From Schaalia odontolytica (GTDB lineage: Bacteria > Actinomycetota > Actinomycetes > Actinomycetales > Actinomycetaceae), in the NCBI RefSeq assembly GCF_005696695.1, contig NZ_CP040006.1, positions 300,001-332,000 of the forward strand: a DNA stretch of 32,000 nt, written 5' to 3'. A model generated the notes under the pieces. That model ran no database searches, had not been told where the DNA came from, and saw only the letters and a list, made by a program, of their open reading frames with translations. The translations under genes were made by a program, and so were the position numbers. Shown piece by piece: positions 18,913 to 27,652 of this stretch. Within the stretch, counting starts at the first letter, position 1; each line of letters opens with the position of its first letter.

Positions 18913-19878
18913 ATGACCCTTTCCATTGAGGATGCAACCAGGTTCGCCCAGGTCTTCAAGGGCCTCGTCGACGGCGTGTCCGTGGCGGTCCTGGACAAGC
19001 GCCAGGCCGTGCGACTCGCGCTCACGACGATGTTCGCGGGCGGACACCTCCTGCTCGAGGACGCCCCCGGCACCGGTAAGACCGCGCTGGCGCGCGCCAT
19101 CAGCGCCGTCATCGACGGCACGCACTCGCGCATCCAGTTCACCCCGGACCTGCTGCCCTCGGACATCACCGGCGTCAACATGTTCAACCAGAAGACGGGC
19201 GAGTGGGTCTTCCACGCCGGCCCCGTCTTCGCGGAGATCGTCCTGGCAGACGAGATCAACCGTGCGTCGCCCAAGACCCAGTCCGCCCTCCTGGAGGTGA
19301 TGGAAGAGGCCCAGGTGACGGTTGACGGCGTGCGCCGCCCCGCCCCCCAGCCCTTCATGGTCATCGCGACCCAGAACCCCGTCGAGCAGGCAGGCACCTA
19401 CCCGCTGCCCGAGGCCCAGCTGGACCGCTTCCTCATGAAGACCTCGATCGGCTACCCCTCGCGCTCCGCGATGATTGACGTCCTCGACGGCTCGGCCTCG
19501 CCCGACCGCTCGAAGAACCTCAAGCCCCTGCTGTCGGGCAAGGACATCGTCGCCTGGGCGGCCCTGGCCTCGGCGAACCACACCGACCGTGCCGTTCTCG
19601 ACTACGTGGCCGCGCTGGCGGAGGCGACCCGCGAGGACGAGTCCTCGCTGCTGGGCGTGTCCACCCGTGGCGCCATCGGCATGGTGCGCTGCGCACGCGT
19701 GTGGGCGGCCGCGCAGGGACGTAACTTCGTCCTGCCCGACGACATCAAGGCCCTCGCGGTGCCCGTGTGGGCGCACCGTGTCATCGTCGACCCCGACGCC
19801 GCGTTCTCGGGAGCGACCGCCGAGGGCGTCATCCAGCGTGCCCTGACGTCGGTGCCCGCACCGGCCGTCGGCGCGTAA
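18913..19878 (+). CDS. MoxR-family AAA+ ATPase
   Basis: Walker [16 protein letters not shown], Walker [24 protein letters not shown], sensor/Arg-finger region [22 protein letters not shown]. 321 aa, typical MoxR size. Starts 32 nt after the giant gene stop with no intervening terminator. Confidence 0.93.
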   Translation: MTLSIEDATRFAQVFKGLVDGVSVAVLDKRQAVRLALTTMFAGGHLLLEDAPGTGKTALARAISAVIDGTHSRIQFTPDLLPSDITGVNMFNQKTGEWVFHAGPVFAEIVLADEINRASPKTQSALLEVMEEAQVTVDGVRRPAPQPFMVIATQNPVEQAGTYPLPEAQLDRFLMKTSIGYPSRSAMIDVLDGSASPDRSKNLKPLLSGKDIVAWAALASANHTDRAVLDYVAALAEATREDESSLLGVSTRGAIGMVRCARVWAAAQGRNFVLPDDIKALAVPVWAHRVIVDPDAAFSGATAEGVIQRALTSVPAPAVGA

Positions 19879-19897
19879 GGAAACGCCGGATACAACG

Positions 19898-21124
19898 ATG
19901 GAAGGGATGCGAACGGACACCCCCACGATGGTCTCGCCCAAACGGGCGCAGGCCGTTCGTTCGCATCCCCTCAAAGCCCTCGTGGGCGCGGTCACCCCGA
20001 CCGGGTGGGCGGTCATCACGCTCGTCATCGTGGGCCTTGCGCTCGCGGTGGCCTTCCAGTGGGTCGAGGCCCTGGCGTGCGCTCTCGCGGGCGTCGTGGC
20101 CCTGGTGCTCGCCGCGATGCGCGTCGCGTGGCGTCCCCCGCACGTCGTGTCGATCCGCGTCCCCAACGAGCGCATCGTGGCCGGCCAGACCGCCGTTGGC
20201 GAGATTTCGGTGCGCAACGAGCGGGCGCGTTCCGTGCGCTCGGGCATCATCGAGCTGCCGATCGGCACGGGCACGGGCGAGTTCGTCGTGCCCCCGCTGG
20301 GCGCTCACGAGACCTGGGACGAGATGTTCCTGATTTCCTCGCGTCACCGAGGCCTCATCAACGTCGGCCCCGCGCGCGCCGTGCGCTCTGACGCGCTCGG
20401 CCTGCTGCGCCGCGTACGCATGTGGGACGAGCCCGTCCTCCTGCACGTGCACCCGCGCACCGTGCGTGTTCCCTTCGACGCGACCGGCTTCCAGCTGGAC
20501 GTCGAGGGCGTGGCCACGGGCAAGCTCTCCAGCTCCGACGTGTCCTTCCACGCGCTGCGCGACTACGAGCCGGGCGACGACCGCCGCGCCGTGCACTGGC
20601 AGTCGACCGCGCGCCTGGGCAAGCTCATCGTGCGCCAGTACGAGGAGACGCACCGCTCCCACCACGTCATCGTCCTCGATACGTCCCGCGACGCGTGGGA
20701 CCACGACACCTTCGAGACCGCGGTCTCCGTTGCCGGCTCCTTGGGCCTGGCAAACCTGCGCGAATCACGCCCCGTGTCGCTGTCCACGACCGAGGGCTGG
20801 CTGCCGTCGGGCGTCGCCATGCGCATGCTGGACGCCCTCTCCGAGGTGAAGGCGCGTTCCTTCGGCGACCTGTCGCGCCGCGTGCGCGAGGCCGTGGCCC
20901 AGCGTCCCGGCGTCTCCGCCCTCACCCTCATCGTCGGTCCGAACGTGACGGACATCGAGGCCGCCCACCTGGCGCGCCTGGCCCCGATCGACGTTCCGGT
21001 CTCCATTATTCGTATCGGTGCGGAGGGCGTGCGAGCCCGCCGTGACCTCGGCCGTGGTGTGCTCCTGGATTGCTCGACGCTGGACGACCTGCCGCGCATT
21101 ATCGTCGCCGGAGGCCTCGCATGA
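19898..21124 (+). CDS. DUF58 domain-containing protein (vWA-like partner of MoxR) with two N-terminal TM helices
   Basis: DUF58 signature FHALRDYEPGDDRRAVHWQSTARLGKLIVRQYEE and an N-terminal TM hairpin (WAVITLVIVGLALAV / LACALAGVVALVLAAM). An alternative start is ATG 19907 (GGAAGGG RBS). Confidence 0.9.
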   Translation: MEGMRTDTPTMVSPKRAQAVRSHPLKALVGAVTPTGWAVITLVIVGLALAVAFQWVEALACALAGVVALVLAAMRVAWRPPHVVSIRVPNERIVAGQTAVGEISVRNERARSVRSGIIELPIGTGTGEFVVPPLGAHETWDEMFLISSRHRGLINVGPARAVRSDALGLLRRVRMWDEPVLLHVHPRTVRVPFDATGFQLDVEGVATGKLSSSDVSFHALRDYEPGDDRRAVHWQSTARLGKLIVRQYEETHRSHHVIVLDTSRDAWDHDTFETAVSVAGSLGLANLRESRPVSLSTTEGWLPSGVAMRMLDALSEVKARSFGDLSRRVREAVAQRPGVSALTLIVGPNVTDIEAAHLARLAPIDVPVSIIRIGAEGVRARRDLGRGVLLDCSTLDDLPRIIVAGGLA

Positions 21125-23784
21125 GCAAGAACGTCAACACCAAGCCCCGCGCTCAGCGCATCGATTCCCAGGACGAGGCCGCGGCCTCGTCCCTGGAGGC
21201 GACCGAGCAGCACGAGGCCACAGCCCAGGACCGGGCGCCCGCCGCCGCGGGCGAGTCGCCGGCGCCCAAGCCCAGGACCACTCGTAACCGTCTGCTGACG
21301 ATCACGCAGCGCTTCGCGACGTTCCGCACGCGCCTGCCGATCTGGTCGCTGCTCGTCCTCGCCCTGCTGTTCGCCGGACCGGTCGCGGCCTTCGAGCCCG
21401 TCTTCGGCGGGGGAGCGGGCGCGATCGCCGCGGGTGCGGGCGTGGCCTGCGGCCTCTTGATCGCCGCCGCCTCGACGCGTTGGCGCTGGGACGCGCTGAC
21501 GACTGTCCTGAGCGTCGTCGTTACGTACTTCCTGCTGGGCAGTGCGGCCGCCCTGCGCGCCGAGGCCCTCTACGGGTTCCTGCCCACGGGTAAGACCCTG
21601 CAGGTCATGGTGCTGGGTTCCTTCCGCGCGTGGAAGGACCTGCTCACCCTGACGGCTCCCGTGTCCGTCTACTCGGGTCCGGCCCTCGTGCCGTGGATGT
21701 GCGGCCTCGTGTGCGCTGTTCTCGCGGGCCTGATCACTGCCCGCTCCGGACGTGCGGTCCTTGGGTCGATCCCGCTCGTCGTCATGGGCGTCATTTCGGT
21801 TTTCTTTGGCCTGTCTCACCATGCGCTGCCCGTGTGGGCCGTGCTGGCCTGGTGGGCACTCCTGGCCGCCTGGTGGGCGCTGGCCGCCCAGTACCAGCGC
21901 ATCACGCTGGGACAGGACGTCCTCGTGGGTCGCTCCGCCTCGGGCGGCGGCGAGGCGACGGCCGCGCGCCAGTCGCGTTCGACCGTGTACGTCGGCACGC
22001 GCCTGCTGGGCGCCCTCGCCGTCCTCGCGGTGTCCGTCGGCGTCGCGCTGCCCGCTGCGGCGTTCCTCGGCGCGGGCGGGACGCGCATCGTGGGCCGCGA
22101 CCTGGTCCAGCCGCCCCTCGACATTCAGGCCTACCCCTCGCCCCTGTCCTCCTTCCGCCACTACACGACGGACCTGCAGGACGAAACCCTCCTGACCGTC
22201 TCCGACCTGCCGGAGAACCAGCGCGTGCGCATCGCCGCGATGGACGTGTACGACGGCACGACCTTCGGTATGTCCAATAAGCGCGGCGACGGACACACGG
22301 GCTACATTCCCGTGGAGTCCACGATCCCCGGCCGCGCCGAGGGCAACTCCCTCGTGACCGTGACGACGAATGGCCTGTCGGGCCCGTGGGTGCCGGTGCT
22401 CGGCAACCCCTCGGAGATCGCCTTCACGGGTGCGAATTCGGCTGCCCAGAAGGACGGCCTCTACGTGGACACGTGGGCGAACGCCGCGCTGACGACCGGC
22501 CCGGCCGGAACAATGACCTACAACGTGCGCACGTCCTTCGCCGAGCCAGTGCGCGACGAGGACCTGGCGTCCCTGTCGGTCGTGCCGCTGTCTGCAACGG
22601 ACAAGAACGTTCCCGAGGGCCTGGCGACGAAGGTCTCTGAGATCACCCAGAACGCCTCCACGGCTCTGTCCGCCGCGCGCGCGATCGAGCACTACCTGGC
22701 GAACAACGGCTACTACCTGAACGAGAACACGCAGTTCTCGCGTCCGGGTGTGCGCACGGACCGTCTGGAGCGCATGCTGAGCGGCGACGAGCGGCTCATC
22801 GGCGACGACCAGCAGTATTCGGCGCTGATGGCGCTCATGCTGCACCAGCTGGGCATCAACGCCCGCGTGGTCATGGGCGCCTACCCCGAGGGCGGCTCCC
22901 AGGGCGGTCCCGCGACCCTGCACGGCTCGGATATCCGCGCGTGGGTTGAGGTCGAGTTCGAGGGCGGCGTTTGGGCCGTCTTCGATCCCACGCCCCCGCG
23001 CGACCACACGCCGCAGACCCAGGTCCCCAAGCCTCGGAGCGTCCCGCGCCCGCAGGTGCTCCAGCCCCCGGAGCCCCCGGAGGCTCCCGCCGAGCTGCCG
23101 CCGACGACGCGCGACCAGAACGCCGATCCGATGGAGCCCCCGGCCGAGCCCTTCCCGTGGGGTCTCGTCGCCGGCATCTCGGGTGGCATCCTGTTGATTC
23201 TTCTGCCGCCGCTGATGGTCCTGCTGTTCAAGGCGGGACGCCGCAGGCGTCGGCGCCGCGCCGCCGCCGTGGGCGCGCTGGTCGGCTCGTGGGACGAGGT
23301 CGTGGACCTCGCCGCCGACTCTGGCCTGCGCATCGACGTGGGGCGTACGCGCCAGGAGACCGCCTGGTCGCTGGCCTCCCAGTGGGAGCTCGGCGAGGAC
23401 CCGGGCGACCCCTTTACCCTGGTCACGGGCGAGGTGCGCCACGGCGACAACGGTTCGACGGACTCGGTGGAGGTCGACGAGGCCGAGGCCGGCAAGGGCC
23501 GTTACATCATCGACGGCTGGAGTCGCTTCGGTGACGACGTGCCCGCCCCCGTGGTGATCGCACGCTACGCGGATATCGCGAGCTTCGCTTCGAACGGTGC
23601 CTCGCGTGACCGTGCGCGTGACGCGTGGGCCCAAGTGCGTTCCCTGCGTACCCAGGTGAGCAAGAAGGCCGGCTTCCTGGCGCGCGTGCGCCGCGCGCTG
23701 TCCCTGCGAAGCCTGCGCATGCGCCGCAAGTTGCGACTGAGCGCGTCGATTGCGCGCACGATGGATGAGGAGAAGAAGGCGTGA
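21121..23784 (+). CDS. TgpA-like polytopic membrane protein with transglutaminase-core fold (DUF3488-like TM region, TGase core, C-terminal TM and DUF4129-like tail). The catalytic triad appears substituted.
   Basis: ATG 21121 overlaps the DUF58 stop (ATGA). About 6 N-terminal TM helices. Core segment GDDQQYSALMALMLHQLGINARVV...DIRAWVEVEFEGGVWAVFDPTP aligns to the TGase-core pattern G.C..FA......R..GIPAR.V.G...HAW.EV...GW..FDPT. Late TM WGLVAGISGGILLILLPPLMVLLF is followed by RRRRRRR. Confidence 0.85.
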   Translation: MSKNVNTKPRAQRIDSQDEAAASSLEATEQHEATAQDRAPAAAGESPAPKPRTTRNRLLTITQRFATFRTRLPIWSLLVLALLFAGPVAAFEPVFGGGAGAIAAGAGVACGLLIAAASTRWRWDALTTVLSVVVTYFLLGSAAALRAEALYGFLPTGKTLQVMVLGSFRAWKDLLTLTAPVSVYSGPALVPWMCGLVCAVLAGLITARSGRAVLGSIPLVVMGVISVFFGLSHHALPVWAVLAWWALLAAWWALAAQYQRITLGQDVLVGRSASGGGEATAARQSRSTVYVGTRLLGALAVLAVSVGVALPAAAFLGAGGTRIVGRDLVQPPLDIQAYPSPLSSFRHYTTDLQDETLLTVSDLPENQRVRIAAMDVYDGTTFGMSNKRGDGHTGYIPVESTIPGRAEGNSLVTVTTNGLSGPWVPVLGNPSEIAFTGANSAAQKDGLYVDTWANAALTTGPAGTMTYNVRTSFAEPVRDEDLASLSVVPLSATDKNVPEGLATKVSEITQNASTALSAARAIEHYLANNGYYLNENTQFSRPGVRTDRLERMLSGDERLIGDDQQYSALMALMLHQLGINARVVMGAYPEGGSQGGPATLHGSDIRAWVEVEFEGGVWAVFDPTPPRDHTPQTQVPKPRSVPRPQVLQPPEPPEAPAELPPTTRDQNADPMEPPAEPFPWGLVAGISGGILLILLPPLMVLLFKAGRRRRRRRAAAVGALVGSWDEVVDLAADSGLRIDVGRTRQETAWSLASQWELGEDPGDPFTLVTGEVRHGDNGSTDSVEVDEAEAGKGRYIIDGWSRFGDDVPAPVVIARYADIASFASNGASRDRARDAWAQVRSLRTQVSKKAGFLARVRRALSLRSLRMRRKLRLSASIARTMDEEKKA

Positions 23785-25316
23785 CGCCAGCGGTTGCGGG
23801 TATGAGGGGCCCGGAGATTCCCGGTTTCCGGTGGGTGCGCCCGCTGGGCCAGGGTGGCTTCGCCGACGTCTTCCTGTACCGTCAGGAGCTGCCGAGCCGC
23901 GAGGTCGCCATCAAGGTCGTGCGTACGCAGGGCGATGAGCGGGGCACGAAGGAACTGCACCGCGAGGCTGACGCCATGACGCTGCTGGCCGGTCACCCCG
24001 CGGTTGTCGAGCTGCACGGCGTGGGTACGACGGCCGACGGCCGCGCCTACCTGGTGATGGAATATTGCCCGGTGGCTGACCTGCTCACGCAGGTGCGTGC
24101 GCGCCCGATGGACCTGGAGAAGGCCCTCGACACGATGATCAAGGTGTGCGGCGGCGTGGAAATGTTCCACCGCCAGGGTTACGTGCACCGCGATATCAAG
24201 CCGTCCAACATCATGCTGGACGCCTACGGCAAGCCGGTGCTCGCCGACTTTGGCGTGGCCTCGAAGATCGGGCAGCTGGAGGTCGGCGCGTTCGACGGCT
24301 TCTCGGTGCTGTGGGCGCCTCCGGAGCAGCAGGACGTGAATTCCCCCGCCTCGCCCCTGCAGGACGTGTGGGCGCTGGCCTCAACGACGTGGACCTTCGT
24401 GACGGGCCGCAGCCCCTTCGAGGACCCGATCGGCGACAATTCTGCCGCGTCGATCGCGAACCGCGTGCAGCGCGGCCGCATGCGTGGCCTGGGCCGCGCG
24501 GATGCGCCGGCGGAACTCGAGCGCGTGCTGCGTGCGGCCATGGCGATCGACCCGCAGGAGCGCACGCAGAGCGCGATGGAGTTCGGTCAGGGGCTGCAGC
24601 GCGTCCAGAAGGAGCTGGGCCTGCCGCGCACGGAGATGGAGATCAAGGAGAAGCGCTCCAAGGCCTCTACGACCGTCTCGGGGGACCAGAAGACGCGCCT
24701 GCGCGGCGCGCCCGTCATCGACCCGGATAAGACGCGCCTGCGCTCCTCGGCCTCGTACTCCTTCGAGGGTGGGGCGGGCTCCGGCGGCGTTGAGGCCGTC
24801 GCGGATTCATGGAAGATCGAGCGTTCCTCGGACGTGGACGAGGACTCGATCGGTCGAGTGGTCGAGGATTCCTCGGGCGCCAAGCGGGGCATCTCGCCCG
24901 TCGTGGGTGTGCTCCTGGCGCTGGTGGCCGCAGTGATCGCGGCCGGCCTGGTCGTGGGCATGCTGCGCGGCGAAGGCTCCTTTACTCGCATTTCTCCCGC
25001 CCCCGAGACGACGAGTGCGTCTCCCGCCCCCGGGGATGCCGTGGGGTCGGCCCCGCCGCAGGCGTCCGGCCTGGCGGGGGAGTACGCCGACGGCGTGGTG
25101 ACGTGGACGTGGACGGCGCCGACGGGCCCGGCCCCCTCCGACATCGTCTACGCCTACGAGGCCACGGGTCCGGCAGGCACGTCGCGCGGCCGCGTGGAGA
25201 CCACGACGGCGATGGTGGACGGCGCCAGCGGCGAGAATTGCATGGAGATCACGACGGTGTCCCGCTCGTCAGGGCGCATGTCCGAGCCGCTGCGCGCGTG
25301 TGTGGATGTGCCGTGA
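23781..25316 (+). CDS. Hanks-type Ser/Thr protein kinase, single-pass membrane protein with a small extracytoplasmic FN3-like domain
   Basis: LGQGGFADV (Gly loop), VAIKVV (Lys), HRDIKPSNIML (catalytic loop), ADFGVA (DFG), WAPPEQ (APE-like). TM ISPVVGVLLALVAAVIAAGLVVGML. GTG 23781 overlaps the upstream stop (GTGA) and follows GAGGAGAAGAAGG. An alternative start is ATG 23811. Confidence 0.92.
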   Translation: MTPAVAGMRGPEIPGFRWVRPLGQGGFADVFLYRQELPSREVAIKVVRTQGDERGTKELHREADAMTLLAGHPAVVELHGVGTTADGRAYLVMEYCPVADLLTQVRARPMDLEKALDTMIKVCGGVEMFHRQGYVHRDIKPSNIMLDAYGKPVLADFGVASKIGQLEVGAFDGFSVLWAPPEQQDVNSPASPLQDVWALASTTWTFVTGRSPFEDPIGDNSAASIANRVQRGRMRGLGRADAPAELERVLRAAMAIDPQERTQSAMEFGQGLQRVQKELGLPRTEMEIKEKRSKASTTVSGDQKTRLRGAPVIDPDKTRLRSSASYSFEGGAGSGGVEAVADSWKIERSSDVDEDSIGRVVEDSSGAKRGISPVVGVLLALVAAVIAAGLVVGMLRGEGSFTRISPAPETTSASPAPGDAVGSAPPQASGLAGEYADGVVTWTWTAPTGPAPSDIVYAYEATGPAGTSRGRVETTTAMVDGASGENCMEITTVSRSSGRMSEPLRACVDVP

Positions 25317-25392
25317 TGCGGATCATGCAATCGGTTCAGTTGTACGCATCGCGACCCATCGCTTCTCAACGAGGCGCTGGTCACGTCGCGTG

Positions 25393-25398
25393 TAGAAT
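25393..25398 (+). promoter_or_regulatory. Candidate -10 hexamer TAGAAT (preceded by GTG) in the 136-nt (25317-25452) kinase/PP2C spacer; possible internal promoter for the PP2C and FHA genes
   Basis: TAGAAT fits the actinobacterial TANNNT -10. It lies 55 nt upstream of ATG 25453 in a locally lower-GC spacer. No convincing -35. Motif match only. Confidence 0.3.
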
Positions 25399-25452
25399 GG
25401 TCAGTATCGCGCGTGATCCCTCGCGCTCAACGCAGCTAAAGGATGAAGGCAC

Positions 25453-26325
25453 ATGTCTCTGAATGAACATGCGGAACGTCCCGCAGTTCGATGGGGCGCC
25501 TCGACCGACATCGGTCCGGTCCGCTCCGAAAACGAGGATTCATGGCTGGCTGTCCCTCCCGTTTTCGCCGTCGCAGATGGGATGGGTGGTCACCTGGGTG
25601 GTGCCCAGGCCTCGTCGAGTGCCGTCATTACCCTCCAGGAGTTCCTGAGCCCCGATCGTCTGGGCAACCGCCCCGTCGACCTGGTGGACCTGTCTGTCGC
25701 GATCGACGCGGCGGCGACGGCCGTCGCCTCGCTGGCCCCGATCGATAATCCGTCAAGCGCCCCGGGCACGACCCTGTCGGGCGTTATGGTGCTGCGCACC
25801 GCCGAGGGACCGTACTGGCTCTCATTTAACGTGGGCGACTCGCGTGTGTATGTCGTGGGCGGCGGGGGTATCCGTCAGCTCACCCATGACCACTCCGCAC
25901 TGCAGGAGGCGCGCGACCTCGCGGCCACCTCCGGAGCGCCCCGTGTGATCCCTCCCGCAAACGTTGTGACAAAGGCGCTGGGTGCCGGGCAGACCGGAAG
26001 TGTGAAAGCCGACTACACAATCATGCCGCTGGAAGAAGGCGATCGGGCGGTCATCTGTACAGACGGCGTGCACGGCGTCCTGCGCGATTCGCAGATTCAT
26101 GCGGTTGTTGCGGCTGGTGACGGTCCTCAGGGGACCGCGGATACGCTTGTGCGCGCGTCGCTGGAATCGGGCACGCGGGACAATACGACCGCCGTTGTAG
26201 TTTACGCAGGAACCAAATCACGAGTAACATTGACATCGAATGTCATGAATCGGATGATTCAACCAGTACGTCCGGCGTCGATCGAGACCGCTCGCCGGGT
26301 TCCTCGTAGAGAAGGCAGTAACTGA
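25453..26325 (+). CDS. PP2C-family (PPM) Ser/Thr protein phosphatase
   Basis: PPM motifs RSENEDS, FAVADGMGGHLGG, LSGV..., CTDGVHGVL, GTRDNTTAVVV. An AAGGATGAAGG region upstream could serve as RBS. The last 40 or so codons are unusually A/T-ending. Confidence 0.9.
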   Translation: MSLNEHAERPAVRWGASTDIGPVRSENEDSWLAVPPVFAVADGMGGHLGGAQASSSAVITLQEFLSPDRLGNRPVDLVDLSVAIDAAATAVASLAPIDNPSSAPGTTLSGVMVLRTAEGPYWLSFNVGDSRVYVVGGGGIRQLTHDHSALQEARDLAATSGAPRVIPPANVVTKALGAGQTGSVKADYTIMPLEEGDRAVICTDGVHGVLRDSQIHAVVAAGDGPQGTADTLVRASLESGTRDNTTAVVVYAGTKSRVTLTSNVMNRMIQPVRPASIETARRVPRREGSN

Positions 26326-27638
26326 TGCTTCAGATTGGACGCTTCCTGTGCCGCGGGCAGGGCGCGATGCTCGTCACGGGCCCCCTCGGTGCGGCGCTGG
26401 TTCCGCTCGACTTCGCAGACTCTGCGGCCGACGTGGTCTGGGGTCGTGCTGACACCCAGGCGTGGCTGTCTCACGTTCAGGCCGAAAAGGGCGACGCCCT
26501 CCTCCTGGACTGCGCGGGCGAGCAGCCCTACCTGACCGTGCTGGGTAACATCCAGCTGCGCATGCGCGCCGCCGGCCAGATCACCGAGCAGGTGTGGACC
26601 GACCCGATCTGGGCGTGGCCCTTCAACCCCGGCGAGTGGCAGACCTTCGAGGCCACCATCATCGACGGCGACGAGGTCACCTGGATGGTGCCCGCCGCCG
26701 ACCGCGTCGAGGCCGGCGAGATCCGCATCGGCCGCGCGCTCGACGAGGTCGAGGCCCTCGCCTCGATGCCCGTCGACACCATGGGCTTCCTCATCAACCC
26801 CGACATCCCGGATCACGAGCGTCGCGCCCGCCGCGAGGCCCGCGAGGAACTGCCGGAGCCGACCATGCACACCGCCTCCGTGGACCTGGCTGCCGTCGAG
26901 GCCCAGTTCCTCGCCGCGACCAGCAACGGTCCCGTGTCGCTGAGCTCCGCTTCCCGCACCCCCGAGGAGGTCACCGAGGAGTCGGACGAGCAGATCGAAG
27001 ACGAGTCACACGAGGAGGCGCCCGCGAAGGACGCCGAGCAGCCCTCGGGTGAGCTCTACGTCGTCGCCGACGCGGAGGAACCGCCGGTCGACACGGCGGA
27101 GTCCGCCGAGCGCGCCGGTGGTTTCGGCGAGTCCGGTACCCCGGCCTCGTCCGAGGTCGTCGCTGAGGCTCCCGTCGCTGAGCCTCCCGCCGCCCCCGAG
27201 GCCATGAGCGCCGAGGGCCTGGCCGACCTGGGTGCCGAGACCGACACCGAGGCGACGATCCTGCGCCTGGCCCCCACGAACTCGGGCCCCGCCGCGCCCG
27301 TCGCGTTCCTGATTCACGGCGGCACCGTGCCCGTCGAGGTTTCCCGCGACGTCGTCATCGGCCGCGACCCCGACGCCCGTGCGCTGACCGGCCGCCCCGT
27401 CGCGACCGTCCTGCGCGTGCCCAGCCCGCAGACCGAGATCTCCCGTTCGCACTGCGCCGTCATGATGACGACCCCCGGCTCCTGGGCCCTCATGGACCTG
27501 GGCAGCGCGAACGGCACCGTCCTGCGTCACGCCGACGGCTCGTTCCAGGACGTCACCCCCATGGTGACGATCGCCCTGAACGACGGCGACCTCATCGACG
27601 TGGGCGAGGGAACCACCATCGAGTTCCGCGTGCGCTGA
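26325..27638 (+). CDS. FHA domain-containing protein: unrecognised N-terminal domain of about 170 aa, an acidic/Pro-Ala-rich linker, and a C-terminal FHA domain
   Basis: The C-terminal segment VVIGRDPDA...EISRSHCAVMMTTPGSWALMDLGSANGTVLRH...LNDGDLIDVGEGTTIEFRV carries the FHA hallmarks (GR, SR.H, DLGS.NGT). The ATG overlaps the PP2C stop (TGATG). Confidence 0.88.
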   Translation: MLQIGRFLCRGQGAMLVTGPLGAALVPLDFADSAADVVWGRADTQAWLSHVQAEKGDALLLDCAGEQPYLTVLGNIQLRMRAAGQITEQVWTDPIWAWPFNPGEWQTFEATIIDGDEVTWMVPAADRVEAGEIRIGRALDEVEALASMPVDTMGFLINPDIPDHERRARREAREELPEPTMHTASVDLAAVEAQFLAATSNGPVSLSSASRTPEEVTEESDEQIEDESHEEAPAKDAEQPSGELYVVADAEEPPVDTAESAERAGGFGESGTPASSEVVAEAPVAEPPAAPEAMSAEGLADLGAETDTEATILRLAPTNSGPAAPVAFLIHGGTVPVEVSRDVVIGRDPDARALTGRPVATVLRVPSPQTEISRSHCAVMMTTPGSWALMDLGSANGTVLRHADGSFQDVTPMVTIALNDGDLIDVGEGTTIEFRVR

Positions 27639-27652
27639 TTGACTCAAACGCT

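Noticed and set aside
20563-23634. 1023-aa minus-strand ORF antisense to the DUF58 and TgpA-like genes
   Set aside because: Extremely Arg/Gly/Ala-rich with no motifs. The plus-strand genes have family signatures, TM topology and coupled start and stop codons.
25316-25462. 48-codon ORF bridging the kinase/PP2C spacer, considered as a real small protein gene
   Set aside because: It has no convincing RBS, third-position GC is only moderate, and the sequence is unremarkable. It is kept only as an alternative explanation within the spacer finding, not annotated as a CDS.
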